NCBI GenBank assembly: GCA_965228855.1
Contig: CBDDIJ010000002.1
Location: 992,001 to 1,056,000, forward strand
Length of the DNA stretch: 64,000 bases
Reading direction: 5' to 3'
Source: Candidatus Obscuribacterales bacterium
GTDB taxonomy: Bacteria; Cyanobacteriota; Vampirovibrionia; Obscuribacterales; Obscuribacteraceae
The translations under genes were made by a program, and so were the position numbers. The notes under the pieces were generated by a model. It was not told where the DNA came from. It did not search any database and saw nothing but the letters and a program-made list of their open reading frames with translations. Shown piece after piece: positions 51,482 through 61,188 of the stretch. Numbering within the stretch: the stretch's first letter is position 1; each line of letters starts with the position of its first letter.

Positions 51482-51741
51482 AGAAGCAATACCTCGGTTA
51501 TGGATAATAGACGCCAGAAACGAGGACTGCGCCTCATTGCTCGGAAGTATGAGGTAGGGTACGAAAAATTTTGCGGTCGCGGAATCAAGAAGTATTGCCG
51601 GAGATGATGATGGGACGCGAGGTTAGAGGCTCGCGCAGTCGTTTTTTTGATGGGCTTGCAGGAATCTACCGAAAATGCCCATTAATAAATTTGGGCGGTA
51701 CAGTGGTTTTCGATACTTAGAAACAAGGATAAGTGTGTGTC

Positions 51742-52100
51742 CCTGCAAATTGGTTTGCAGCTTTTGCCGCTAAACCTGCAATCAAAATTGCAGCAAGCCG
51801 CCGGGTCACTCGAATCAGGCTGATTTGAGGCGCAAATGAAGAACCTGCAAATTGGTTTGCAGCTTTTGCCGCTAAACCTGCAATCAAAATTGCAGCAAGC
51901 CGCCGGGTCACTCGAATCAGGCTGATTTGAGGCGCAGATGAAGAACCTGCAAATTGGTTTGCAGCTTTTGCCGCTAAACCTGCAATCAAAATTGCAGCAA
52001 GCCGCCGGGTCACTCGAATCAGGCTGATTTGAGGCGCAAATGAAGAACCTGCAAATTGGTTTGCAGCTTTTGCCGCTGAACCTGCAATCAAAATTGCAGC
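51742..52100 (+). repeat. 102-bp tandem repeat, 3.5 near-identical copies, each with two TGCAA-N6-TTGCA palindromes
   Basis: Units start at 51742, 51844, 51946, 52048. Confidence 0.95.
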
Positions 52101-52210
52101 GACCGTTCGGATAGCCTATCGGCGAGTCATTGACGCCGCTTTTGAACCAGGTTAGAAGCAGTGGCATCCTCAAAATAGCGTGCCAGCCGTTGTTTGCGGT
52201 AAATGGATGG

Positions 52211-52288
52211 TACTAAAGAATTTAGTAGGCAGGCCGCGGAAGCGAAAGGGACAAGAACATCAGGCTTGCGCGCCTAAAATCTTGCCCT
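52211..52288 (-). terminator. Terminal hairpin (52247-52288) plus perfect box (52211-52227)
   Basis: TACTAAA-GAA-TTTAGTA; agggacaaga/tcttgccct stem. Confidence 0.7.
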
Positions 52289-52392
52289 CCCGCCCGGTCG
52301 AGCGCAGGTGTCTGGTTTGAACAGACACCTGGCTTTGAACCGTTGTCGTCGTCGGAGTTTTTCTTTTGTTCGCATCAACGCACTTCTCCCGC

Positions 52393-52995
52393 TTAGGCCG
52401 CCGGAGCGACGGACGCGGGAGCAGGCTGCGTTGCGAACGGCGCGATGGGCTCGATTTCGTCGATCAAGCCCTCGGCGAGAGCCTGCTCGGCGGTGAGCCA
52501 CCAGTCGACGCCGCCGGCGACGTTGGTGTTGATCTTCTCCAGCGTCAGACCGTTGGCGACGTTGCCCGTGCGGCTGCACAGGATGGCGCTGGTCTGGGCT
52601 TGGAGCTGCTCGCAGCGGCGGAGTTCCGCGCGCATCTGGGACAGGGTGCCCTTCATCTCGGAGCTGACTTCGTGAATCAGCAGCCAAGCGTGGGCGCCCA
52701 TGACGCGCACGTCGCCCGCCTGCAGCAGCCAGCCGGCGCAGGACGCGGAGCGACCGTGGACGACGACGGTCACATGGTGACCGGCAGCGCGCAGCATGTT
52801 GATCTGGTCATACATGTACAACGCGTCCAGGATGTTGCCACCCTGACTGTTGAGGACGATCTTGACCTTCCGGTTCGGGTTGTCCCGGCACCAGTTGATG
52901 ATCATGATCATGAAATCCACCGCCGACGTCTGGTTGATGCCGGTGGCGAACACGAAAACACCCTTCAGAGGGTCAGTTTGGATTGCGTTTTCCAT
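52393..52995 (-). CDS. Divergent ClpP-like (S14) protease
   Basis: LNSQGG, SASCAG (Ser), LIHE (His), DWWLTAEQAL..GLIDEI (Asp). Confidence 0.85.
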   Translation of the reverse strand: MENAIQTDPLKGVFVFATGINQTSAVDFMIMIINWCRDNPNRKVKIVLNSQGGNILDALYMYDQINMLRAAGHHVTVVVHGRSASCAGWLLQAGDVRVMGAHAWLLIHEVSSEMKGTLSQMRAELRRCEQLQAQTSAILCSRTGNVANGLTLEKINTNVAGGVDWWLTAEQALAEGLIDEIEPIAPFATQPAPASVAPAA

Positions 52996-53152
52996 AGCTT
53001 TCTACTTTCGTCCGGCAGGTCATGCGGCTGCGACGCGCCTCTTGTTGGGCGCTGCAGCGGCTAAACCCTTGGGATGTTTGGGTTGAAGCTCGGAAAGAAA
53101 GTCTCCGAGCCGGTTAAGAAAACAAGTTATGCGCGCGCTGCGTTGAAGACAG

Positions 53153-53980
53153 CTACTGCGCCGTCCAGCCGCCATCGACTGTTATCGAGGAGCCGGTGAT
53201 GTTCGAAGCGGCTTTGCTGGCGAGGAAGACGACTGTGTCTCCCAATTCGTCGACTTCGACGAACCGCTTGCTGGGCTGCTTCGCCGACAACAACTCTTCG
53301 GCGGCAATCTCTTGCGAGACGCCTTTCCGCTGAGCCAGGTCGGTTATCTGCTTCTCCACGAGCGGGGTTCGCACCCAGCCGGGGCAGACTGCGTTGACCG
53401 TAATTCCGGTCTCCGCATTTTCGAGCGCTGCGACTTTCGTGAGCCCGATGAGCCCATGCTTGGCAGCGACGTACGCGGCTTTCTGGGCTGACGCCACGAG
53501 ACCGTGTACGGATGCGATGTTGACGATGCGCCCGAAGCCGTTGCGTTTCATATGCGGCAGTGCTGCGCGCATGGTGTGAAACGCAGAGCTCAGATTTATC
53601 GCCAGAACGGCGTCCCACTTTTCGACTGGAAAGTCCTCGACAGAGGCTGTGTGCTGGATACCGGCGTTGTTGACGAGGATGTCGACGCTGCCCAGCTCGT
53701 TCACGGCGAATTCGACCAGTTCCGCGATTTCTTGCGGCTTGGTCATGTCGGCACCGTGGTAAACGATTGTGCGTTGCGAGCTTTCGGCGAGTTCGGTCTT
53801 TACCCGCTCCACCTCAGCTGTGTCCGCCAAACCGTTCAGCACAATGTGGCAGCCGTTTGCAGCTAGACGTCTTGCGATACCTAAACCGATACCGCTTGTC
53901 GAGCCGGTCACGACTGCCACTTTGTTATCGAGAATTTTTGAGTGCTGTTCTTTTGTTGCACTCGCTTCCAGTTGAGACAT
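53153..53980 (-). CDS. bdhA: D-3-hydroxybutyrate dehydrogenase (SDR)
   Basis: TGSTSGIG, NNAGIQH, SVHGLVAS..KAAYVAAKHG, CPGWVRTPLV. Confidence 0.92.
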   Translation of the reverse strand: MSQLEASATKEQHSKILDNKVAVVTGSTSGIGLGIARRLAANGCHIVLNGLADTAEVERVKTELAESSQRTIVYHGADMTKPQEIAELVEFAVNELGSVDILVNNAGIQHTASVEDFPVEKWDAVLAINLSSAFHTMRAALPHMKRNGFGRIVNIASVHGLVASAQKAAYVAAKHGLIGLTKVAALENAETGITVNAVCPGWVRTPLVEKQITDLAQRKGVSQEIAAEELLSAKQPSKRFVEVDELGDTVVFLASKAASNITGSSITVDGGWTAQ

Positions 53981-54006
53981 CCGTTCTCCTCTTCCTCCGC
54001 GCCAGT

Positions 54007-54879
54007 TCAGGCGCTACACAGGCGTCCTTCGGCCTTCGCGTGAGCGATGACTTGCTTCGCGGTATTGTAGCCGTTTTCCACCATCCGCATGCAGGTTGCT
54101 TCGGAGATTCCGAAGTTGAGACCAGCCACTTCCGGCAGACCCGTCTCGATGACGAGGTGACGCTTGGTGTCGACGTAACGCGAGTTGCCGGCGACAGGGA
54201 AGAAGAGTTCGCGGCAGTGGAAGTACAGGTCGATCGGGTACTTCCACTCCTTGGGCATCGCCGACGCCGGGCGGAACTTGCTGACGAACGCCGGCCGGTC
54301 GAAGAACTCGGTCGGGTTGTAGTGGTAGTAGGCGCCATCGACGAGCAGGCGCGGACGCCCGTTGTCCATGAACCACTCCGGCTGGAACACGCCCGGTGGC
54401 GAGCCCGAAGCCGTCAGCGCCGTCGCCAGGTCGTAGTCCTCGCCCTCGAACAGCACCGGGTCACGCGTGAAGTAGTCGCACGCGAGAATCTTCAGGCGCT
54501 TGTTCGGCTTGAGACCGTACTGGGCGATGAGCTTGGTGATGAACGGCTTGAGCGAGAACGTGCCGCCGACCGACATGGCGATGGGGTCAGCGAGGCGAGT
54601 GCCCTCGAGAACAGCCGCAAGGTCATCCCGCATCCCGCGCATGGCGAGGAACACCGGAATCATGTCCTTGGGCTTGTAGCCGTTGGTGAAGAAGGCAGCG
54701 GTCATGCTGCCGGCCGAGACGCCGAGAACATCACCGACTTCGATGCCCTCTTCCATGAACGCCTCGATAACGCCGAAGTGGTGGAAGATGTTCCAGCCAC
54801 CGGCACCGAAAACCATCGGGGAGCCGTTATGCAGGCATTGGTCCTGACGGTTGTCGGCAACTTGGAGAGTTTTGGTCAT
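54007..54879 (-). CDS. Patatin-like phospholipase (paralogue of 21378..22289)
   Basis: GAGG, GVSAG, LVDGAYYH; GAGGAGG RBS. Confidence 0.85.
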   Translation of the reverse strand: MTKTLQVADNRQDQCLHNGSPMVFGAGGWNIFHHFGVIEAFMEEGIEVGDVLGVSAGSMTAAFFTNGYKPKDMIPVFLAMRGMRDDLAAVLEGTRLADPIAMSVGGTFSLKPFITKLIAQYGLKPNKRLKILACDYFTRDPVLFEGEDYDLATALTASGSPPGVFQPEWFMDNGRPRLLVDGAYYHYNPTEFFDRPAFVSKFRPASAMPKEWKYPIDLYFHCRELFFPVAGNSRYVDTKRHLVIETGLPEVAGLNFGISEATCMRMVENGYNTAKQVIAHAKAEGRLCSA

Positions 54880-55416
54880 GATGACCTCCTCTAGTTGCAG
54901 GTTGATCAATAGTCGCCTGGTGTGAGCCTCGGAGAGTACCCAGCAGTTCAGCGACAGCGTAAAGAACAAACCCCGTGACCGTCCGAATGTCCATCGACAA
55001 GGCTATTTGAGCGCATGTTGGTGATTCGGGATGGCTTTTGGCTTTTGATCCAAATTTCTTTATGAGGGATTGCAACATCACCGTACACAAAGCACTTGCA
55101 AGAACGAATAGTATTTCCAAGCGCTTCGAGTGTTTGTCTTCCTTGAGTGAAATCATGAAACGTAGAAGGCGTCAACGTTTCAGACTTCTCATAGACCTCT
55201 TACTTAAAGCTGTTCTAGAACTCTTTGAACATTGCATAGTTCGCATAGCATCAGAAGCTCATAGATCTTTCAAACGGCAAGAGACTGAACCTGCGGCAAT
55301 TTGGCCGATCCGTTAGTGACTTGATGAGCTGCGCTAGGATTTTCGGAGCGAGGTGTTTTGGTTCAGTCGTGGCAGGGATGGCATCTCACTCGCCTTTCTG
55401 GCTTTTCGAACTGCAA

Positions 55417-56727
55417 CTAACGTGATTGTCCTCGGAAAAACTGCCAGATCTCCTCGCCCGTGTTTATGTCCTGGCAACAGGTGCTCTGACGCTTCCCGGC
55501 TAGTAATATGCAGCCCGGCCAGGTGTGTCCGCCGCCCTCGATCGTGTACAGGATGACTTCGCGGCCCCGTGTTCCCCAGACATCTTTCTTGACGCGCATG
55601 CCGTCGCGCGGATCGAGGTCTGGAAGATAATTCGAGCTGGGAGACCCCTGGCAGTGGTTGTGTGTGGTCCAAAACCGAATCACGTCAGGAACACTAAACC
55701 ACCCGCCGTACTGCACTAGGCTCAAAAACGAAGGGTCGATTTCGGAGATGCCCAGCTTCGAGGCGTATTTGCCAAGTTGCTTTGATTTGCCGTCTCCCCA
55801 GTTTATAAGCGGGTCTTGCGAGCCGATGAAAAAGACAATGGGGATTGGTTTGTCTCCGCTACTCCGCGTGACGGCGCCCTCCATGCCTGTCGACGCAACG
55901 ACAGCCACCGCTGCGATCTTTTCAGGACGGCTGGCGGCTAGTAGCTGAACGAAGTATCCGCCGTTGCTCAAGCCAACCGCGTACACTCGATGAGTGTCGA
56001 TGTTGGTTGTCTGGCCAAGTTTTTGCAAAACAGCGTCGACGTACCCGACGTCGTTGTGCCGCTGGTTTTTCATGCCGTCTTCCCACTCTCCGCCAAGGGC
56101 TTGGCAGTAGACCGCGATGAAGTCATTTCGGTTGGCTGTTCCGCTTAGGCCAGTTACGCCAATCATTGACTCGCCGGACATGTTCAAACCGGGAAAAACA
56201 AGAACTACTGGTGTTGCACGCGATTTGTTGTGGTTGCTGGGAAGGTGTACCCAGAAGGGTCGCGAACCTCCGTCAACCTTTACGAAGTCGCAGTAGTCCT
56301 TTGATGATCCAGTCTTCTGGCGTGTGTCTTGAGTGGAACCGGCACTGTTTTGGCGCGATGACGTGGACGTGCTATAAGTGGCGGCTGGAGCCTGTCTCCA
56401 ATTGGCAGGGGCTTGTCTGGAAGGATATGGCTGAGATGAAGATGCGCTCTGCTGGCGACTATACGCGGGGGGCTGCTGATATGCTTGCGTTCCGCTGCGT
56501 CCTCCCATGCCGCCGGAGGTCCTGTAATAGCCCCGCTGCTGCGTAGCTTGCTGTGCCTGGGGGGAATCGGCTCTAACAGCCTGGCGGCTTCCTGGAACGA
56601 AGACATACTGCTGCGAGCGAACTGGTGCAATGGTGAATGCGACCGCCATTAGCACCGTGGGTAGTACCAAACTTCTTTTTGCTGGTGTTGTGACTTTCAC
56701 GATGTTCGGGTGAGCGGAACGGCGCAC
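55417..56727 (-). CDS. Secreted PHB-depolymerase-family (LpqC-like) alpha/beta esterase
   Basis: GLSNGG nucleophile, GSQDP, GGGHTWPG; signal-like segment and Gln/Ser-rich linker. Confidence 0.82.
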   Translation of the reverse strand: MRRSAHPNIVKVTTPAKRSLVLPTVLMAVAFTIAPVRSQQYVFVPGSRQAVRADSPQAQQATQQRGYYRTSGGMGGRSGTQAYQQPPAYSRQQSASSSQPYPSRQAPANWRQAPAATYSTSTSSRQNSAGSTQDTRQKTGSSKDYCDFVKVDGGSRPFWVHLPSNHNKSRATPVVLVFPGLNMSGESMIGVTGLSGTANRNDFIAVYCQALGGEWEDGMKNQRHNDVGYVDAVLQKLGQTTNIDTHRVYAVGLSNGGYFVQLLAASRPEKIAAVAVVASTGMEGAVTRSSGDKPIPIVFFIGSQDPLINWGDGKSKQLGKYASKLGISEIDPSFLSLVQYGGWFSVPDVIRFWTTHNHCQGSPSSNYLPDLDPRDGMRVKKDVWGTRGREVILYTIEGGGHTWPGCILLAGKRQSTCCQDINTGEEIWQFFRGQSR

Positions 56728-56801
56728 ATGGTTTTGCTACTGTAATGGGCGAAAGATTTGCTAAACGTTCGCAGTGGTGAGTCAACGTCCGCAGTATTAC
56801 G

Positions 56802-57449
56802 TCAACGTCCACCCTGGTAACGTTTCATCAGCTCCTTCGCCTGGTCGCTGTTGAGCATGCTGGGGTCAAAGTTTGCTGGAATTTTCTTCTTGATGGAGTC
56901 CGGTATTTCACCACCGAACCACTTCTCTTTCACCTTTTCGATCAGATTGTCAGCGTTGCCGCCCTGAAGAGCGTTTTTAAATCCCGATGGAATCTGCATC
57001 GAGCTTGGTGGCGGCGAAGACTCGGCGATTGGGGGAGCTGGCTTTTGAATCTTCAGCTGCTGGCTGCGCTTCAATTGCTCTGTGAGACCGGAAACAATCG
57101 AGTTAAGCCTGTTCTGGACGTCTTTTTCGCTCGCTCCTGCCTTCACGCTATCTTCAAGAGAGTTGAAAGCCGACATGTATGCCGTGATTCCGAAGCCGTA
57201 ACCCTTGGCGGTCATGATCGTTTCGTAAAGCTTCTTGCGTTGATCGAGGAGCGGTCCTGGTGCGAGTTCCGGCGTATCGGCTGACGCGGTGGCTGCCGCC
57301 TTGGGTGCTTCAGTGTCCGGTGCCGGTGCATCTTCCGTTGCAGTCGGCGTGGGTGGCAGGTCCTGACTAAATGCAGGAAGTTGGTTGGTTATTATCAGCG
57401 CGATGGACAAAAAATATGCAGCTGTGCGTGCGGAAGGAAAGTTGGACAT
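56802..57449 (-). CDS. Hypothetical exported protein
   Basis: GGAGG RBS, signal peptide ending AFS, Pro/Ala linker. Confidence 0.7.
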   Translation of the reverse strand: MSNFPSARTAAYFLSIALIITNQLPAFSQDLPPTPTATEDAPAPDTEAPKAAATASADTPELAPGPLLDQRKKLYETIMTAKGYGFGITAYMSAFNSLEDSVKAGASEKDVQNRLNSIVSGLTEQLKRSQQLKIQKPAPPIAESSPPPSSMQIPSGFKNALQGGNADNLIEKVKEKWFGGEIPDSIKKKIPANFDPSMLNSDQAKELMKRYQGGR

Positions 57450-57520
57450 CTGAAGCACCTCCGTTTGTACTATTCCCAGGATTCGTGATTTGTAGCCTCA
57501 TCTTCCATCCTTTAATGTTT

Positions 57521-57594
57521 TACTATATGGCATCAGAGAGGCGCGACAGGAACGAAGACTGCACCGCCCTGATATAGAGGTGTGCAGCTTCGTT
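57521..57594 (-). terminator. Terminal hairpin (57551-57594) plus half-degenerate box (57521-57537)
   Basis: aacgaag-ctgcac/gtgcag-cttcgtt stem; TACTA-tatggca-TCAGA. Confidence 0.55.
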
Positions 57595-57625
57595 ACGAGG
57601 AAGGCTCTCGCTTATTGCCCGAGTC

Positions 57626-57679
57626 CTGTCAATCCTGGAGCGACGGTTTTAGCGAATTCCGTCGCTCTCTCGTTAATGG
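57626..57679. repeat. 54-bp symmetric core (variant)
   Basis: ctgtcaat-cctgga-gcgacg-gttttagcgaattc-cgtcgc-tctctc-gttaatgg. Confidence 0.68.
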
Positions 57680-57751
57680 GTGGATTGTTCCGAGGATTCA
57701 TTGGCGGATGGACTTCAGGAGGACTGGCAAGCTAGCTACTCGTCGGACCTG

Positions 57752-58438
57752 CTAGTCATCCGGCGTGCTGCGGGGCGGCGTGCGCGGCTGTTTGTCTTCA
57801 AGGCGTTTGCGCAAGAACTTGGCGAGGAGCACGGTGAAGAGCAGTCCGCCGATGAATCCGCCGAGGTGGGCGAAATAGGCGATGCCGTTTCGCGTTCCGC
57901 TGTCCAGGTAGATGCTGATCAGCTGGTCCGTCACCCAGTAAAGGACGAACAGGGAGCCGAGCATGCGTGGCATGGTGAGGCGCTGTCCGAGGCAGAACGT
58001 CACGACCAGGAACGCCCCCATTACGCCGGAGATAGCACCGGAAGCGCCAACCAGCGGTGTGTAATCGAAAGCGTGAAACAGGTAATGACCGAACGAGCTC
58101 GCAAAGCCGCTTACCAGGTAAATGGCGAGAAAGCGCGCTGAGCCTAGCTCGCGTTCGACCAGTATGCCCATGACGAGGAGGAGCGCCATGTTGTTGAAGT
58201 AGTGGTCGAAGCCCGCATGCAGGAAGGTAGAGGTCAGCATGGTAAGCAGGTTGTAACCGATGTCCGGCAGGCTGCCCGACATAATCGCCTCGGTCAGGCG
58301 ACGCGGAATCAGTCCCCATTCGATTGTCATCCAGGGAATCCGAGTGGCGATTTCCTGGAAGATCGAGAGGAAGAGTACGGCGAGGTTCGCAAGGACCAAG
58401 CCTGGCAAAACAAACAGGTCAGATCTGCGAGTGTTCAC
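57752..58438 (-). CDS. Rhomboid intramembrane serine protease
   Basis: FLHAG..H..NM, GASGAI, AHLGG. Confidence 0.92.
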   Translation of the reverse strand: MNTRRSDLFVLPGLVLANLAVLFLSIFQEIATRIPWMTIEWGLIPRRLTEAIMSGSLPDIGYNLLTMLTSTFLHAGFDHYFNNMALLLVMGILVERELGSARFLAIYLVSGFASSFGHYLFHAFDYTPLVGASGAISGVMGAFLVVTFCLGQRLTMPRMLGSLFVLYWVTDQLISIYLDSGTRNGIAYFAHLGGFIGGLLFTVLLAKFLRKRLEDKQPRTPPRSTPDD

Positions 58439-58613
58439 TGCGGATACTCTCTTTGCGAGTTCAGTTATTGTGAGAAAGGCGAGCCGACCGTGTTCCGCTG
58501 CTGAGCCGGTTTCGGCTCGTGAGCAAGTTACGGTTTTGACCGGGTTCCGGCTCTTAGCAGGTTCCGGCTACTGACCGGGATTTCGGCGGCTCGCCCCTCA
58601 CGTGGAAAAGCAG

Positions 58614-59393
58614 TTACTTCGTGTCGTCCTGGTCGGCCAGGGAAGTCGTGTCGCAGGCAGGACCGGTGATGCCGTCCTTCAAGCGTTCGATCAGAGCTTC
58701 CGGCGTGACAGGTTCGAGTTCGTGCACAAAAATGGGCTTGCCGAACGTGATGGTCACGCCATGACGCCAGGTAAGCTTCATCTTCAGGAAGTCGGTCGCA
58801 GACTCTGGATCGCGTGTCCCGTAGCAGATTTGAATCGGGACGATACCGACGGTTTCCTTGTGCTCAAGCGCATCGCAGGCGCCAATCGCAATCCAGGCGG
58901 CGCCCTTCTTGAACTCGAGATACTGGCCGGTCGGGCTGATCTTGCCCTCGGGGAAGAGCGTTACCGGCGCTCCTTTCACGACCAGGTTGATGGATGCCGG
59001 AATCACTGAGCGTCCGCGGGAGCGGTCCACAGGATAGGAGCCGGCAGCTCCCATCAGGATAGCCTTCAAGCCGCCCATGCCGCGCATCTCTTCGACGGCG
59101 CTCATGAAGCGGGTTCCAAGAGGCATAAACGGGTATAGAACAATCGCATCCAGCATGGCGCTGTGATTCGGGCAGTAGATGATTCGTCCGGCGGCTTTGA
59201 GATTCTCGCGACCGACGATTGTCACTTTGCCGACCTGAATCCAGGTCCACAAGCGCGACAAACCTTTCACGAATCTCTGGAAACCGCGATGTTCGGTCGG
59301 AATAAAGCCACTGGTCGTACAATTCGCCGCATATTCGCGGTAGCGCGCCAGCCATGATTTTCGTGGCTTGGCGTTTCGGTTGAAGATACCCAT
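58614..59393 (-). CDS. plsC: Lysophospholipid/1-acyl-G3P acyltransferase (PlsC family)
   Basis: NHSAMLD, PVDR, FPEG, FKKG. Confidence 0.85.
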   Translation of the reverse strand: MGIFNRNAKPRKSWLARYREYAANCTTSGFIPTEHRGFQRFVKGLSRLWTWIQVGKVTIVGRENLKAAGRIIYCPNHSAMLDAIVLYPFMPLGTRFMSAVEEMRGMGGLKAILMGAAGSYPVDRSRGRSVIPASINLVVKGAPVTLFPEGKISPTGQYLEFKKGAAWIAIGACDALEHKETVGIVPIQICYGTRDPESATDFLKMKLTWRHGVTITFGKPIFVHELEPVTPEALIERLKDGITGPACDTTSLADQDDTK

Positions 59394-60099
59394 GAGTTAA
59401 CTCCCGCCCGGGGTGGGGCATGGTTGTGCGCGTGCCTGACGGCAGCGCGAATGACTCGGCTGTTGTTGAGCGCTCGCCGTGTTGATACGGATGCAGGCGC
59501 CGGCGTGAATTGGATGCTCGCCGGTGGCGGATTCCGGTTCTACGTCAGCGGTTTGGGGCGCGGCACGAGTCGAAACTGGGTTACGGTTGGGACCATAACG
59601 CAGGGCTTTCAAGTAAATTTGCTGAATGAATTAGCTGAGGTGCTTCTGCTTGAGTTTCTATTTGAATAAAAGGCGATAAACACTAGCAAAGGTCGGCCAG
59701 GGGTTTAAACGCTTCGTGCGAGGTGAACTATTTATGTTTTCTTTAGTATTCAAGGGTGCTGAAGGTAAAATCGGCGGCGAAAGGCAGTGAATTCGGGCTG
59801 TTTACGGCAGGGCGTTCAAGTGAACTGAACGCTTGGAAACCGCGCCCCGTGGGCGGCTTTGGATATTTCACACTTAGCGCAAGGTTGCTGAATCAGCCGC
59901 CGTCAGGCTGCCAGTAGGAGTCTCGGGTCTGTTTGTGCCTGACTCCGCTTTGTGTATGGTGGATATATATCTGCACTCGCTTTGCACTCAAGTAAAAAAC
60001 CGAGCAAAACTCTAACCACGCTGCCTCACAACGGAATAAGATCTAGACGCTACACGGCGACTAGTGACTCACTCCGTGCCAGCGAAAGGGAGATAGCCT

Positions 60100-60786
60100 A
60101 TGGGCGTGATTATCAAAATGCTGCAATGGCTGTTTCTGCCCTGGCTGAATCGCAAGTTCAAAGGACTTGCAGCAGCGTATGGACAGGAACAAGCGAAGCC
60201 TCACTTCGAGGTCGAAAGAAAGTACCCCGTTTCGCCAGAAGAATTCCACAAGTTGTCCGGACGTCTCAGAGACCTCGGCTTCTCGAAGAAATCGAAGGCG
60301 ACCATCGTTGACACTTTCTTGCCGGCCGAAAAGGACGGCGACATGGTTCGTCTTCGTGAAGAAACCGTGGACGGGCTCACCGTGACTGTCATCACACTCA
60401 AGGAGTGGGTGGACGTCGACGGCGAGCGCGAACGCAAAGAACGCGAAAGCGACCCGATCGACTCTGTCACCAAGGACACCCTCATGTCCCTCGGGCGCCG
60501 TCTTGCGACGGAACCGCTCATGTCCTTCAGCAAAGACCGCACCACATTCGTCGGCCGCCGCGACAAGCGAGCAGTCACAGTGGCGCTGGACGTTGCTTCC
60601 GGACTTGGTGATTACTCCGGCAATTACCTCGAAGTCGAGTTGATTGTCGAGCGTCAGGAAGACGTCGCCGAAGCCAGAGCCTTCGTCGAAAGTTTCGTCA
60701 CGGAACTGCTCGACTCACATCGCGAGTGCGCCATCTCCTACATGGAGATGCTCAAGCGCTCTCGGAAGCCGTCGAGCAAGAACTAA
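60100..60786 (+). CDS. CYTH domain protein (class IV adenylate cyclase/triphosphate tunnel family)
   Basis: EVERKY (ExExK), VRLR, YLEVE, SY.EML. Confidence 0.8.
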   Translation: MGVIIKMLQWLFLPWLNRKFKGLAAAYGQEQAKPHFEVERKYPVSPEEFHKLSGRLRDLGFSKKSKATIVDTFLPAEKDGDMVRLREETVDGLTVTVITLKEWVDVDGERERKERESDPIDSVTKDTLMSLGRRLATEPLMSFSKDRTTFVGRRDKRAVTVALDVASGLGDYSGNYLEVELIVERQEDVAEARAFVESFVTELLDSHRECAISYMEMLKRSRKPSSKN

Positions 60787-61188
60787 ACGAAACGAAGTCG
60801 GACAGGAGCCAAAAGCTCTTGTTTGGCGAAACCGAAAACAGCTAAGCGCAGTCTGAAGCGAGTTCCGAAAGGAGCTCGTTTTTTGTTGTGCTGAAACTGT
60901 TTCACAACACAGGTTTGTTCACGACCTGCAACCAAACTGAGGAAAGTCCTCGTGCGGAGTGGATAGGCGTGGGCAACCGCGCTTGTAACCAGGGTATGTC
61001 ATTGCGCCGAATTCGACGCCGTAGCGATACGGTGTCGCGTTCTACGCTGACTGTTACCCGTTTTCATTAACCCGGGTGTGTCTGGGGCGAGACGACGATC
61101 GCGTGTGCGGTCGAGCTGTTCGCGCCCTAATTGCCCCACAAAGACTTGGACCGGGGCTTTTGCACGGTCCGCCAAAAAGGAAATAGTT

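Noticed and set aside
51682..52173. ORFs with 34-aa repeats over the 102-bp array
   Set aside because: The period is divisible by 3, two frames are equally open, conservation follows DNA palindromes, and inverted non-coding copies exist at 48.8 kb.
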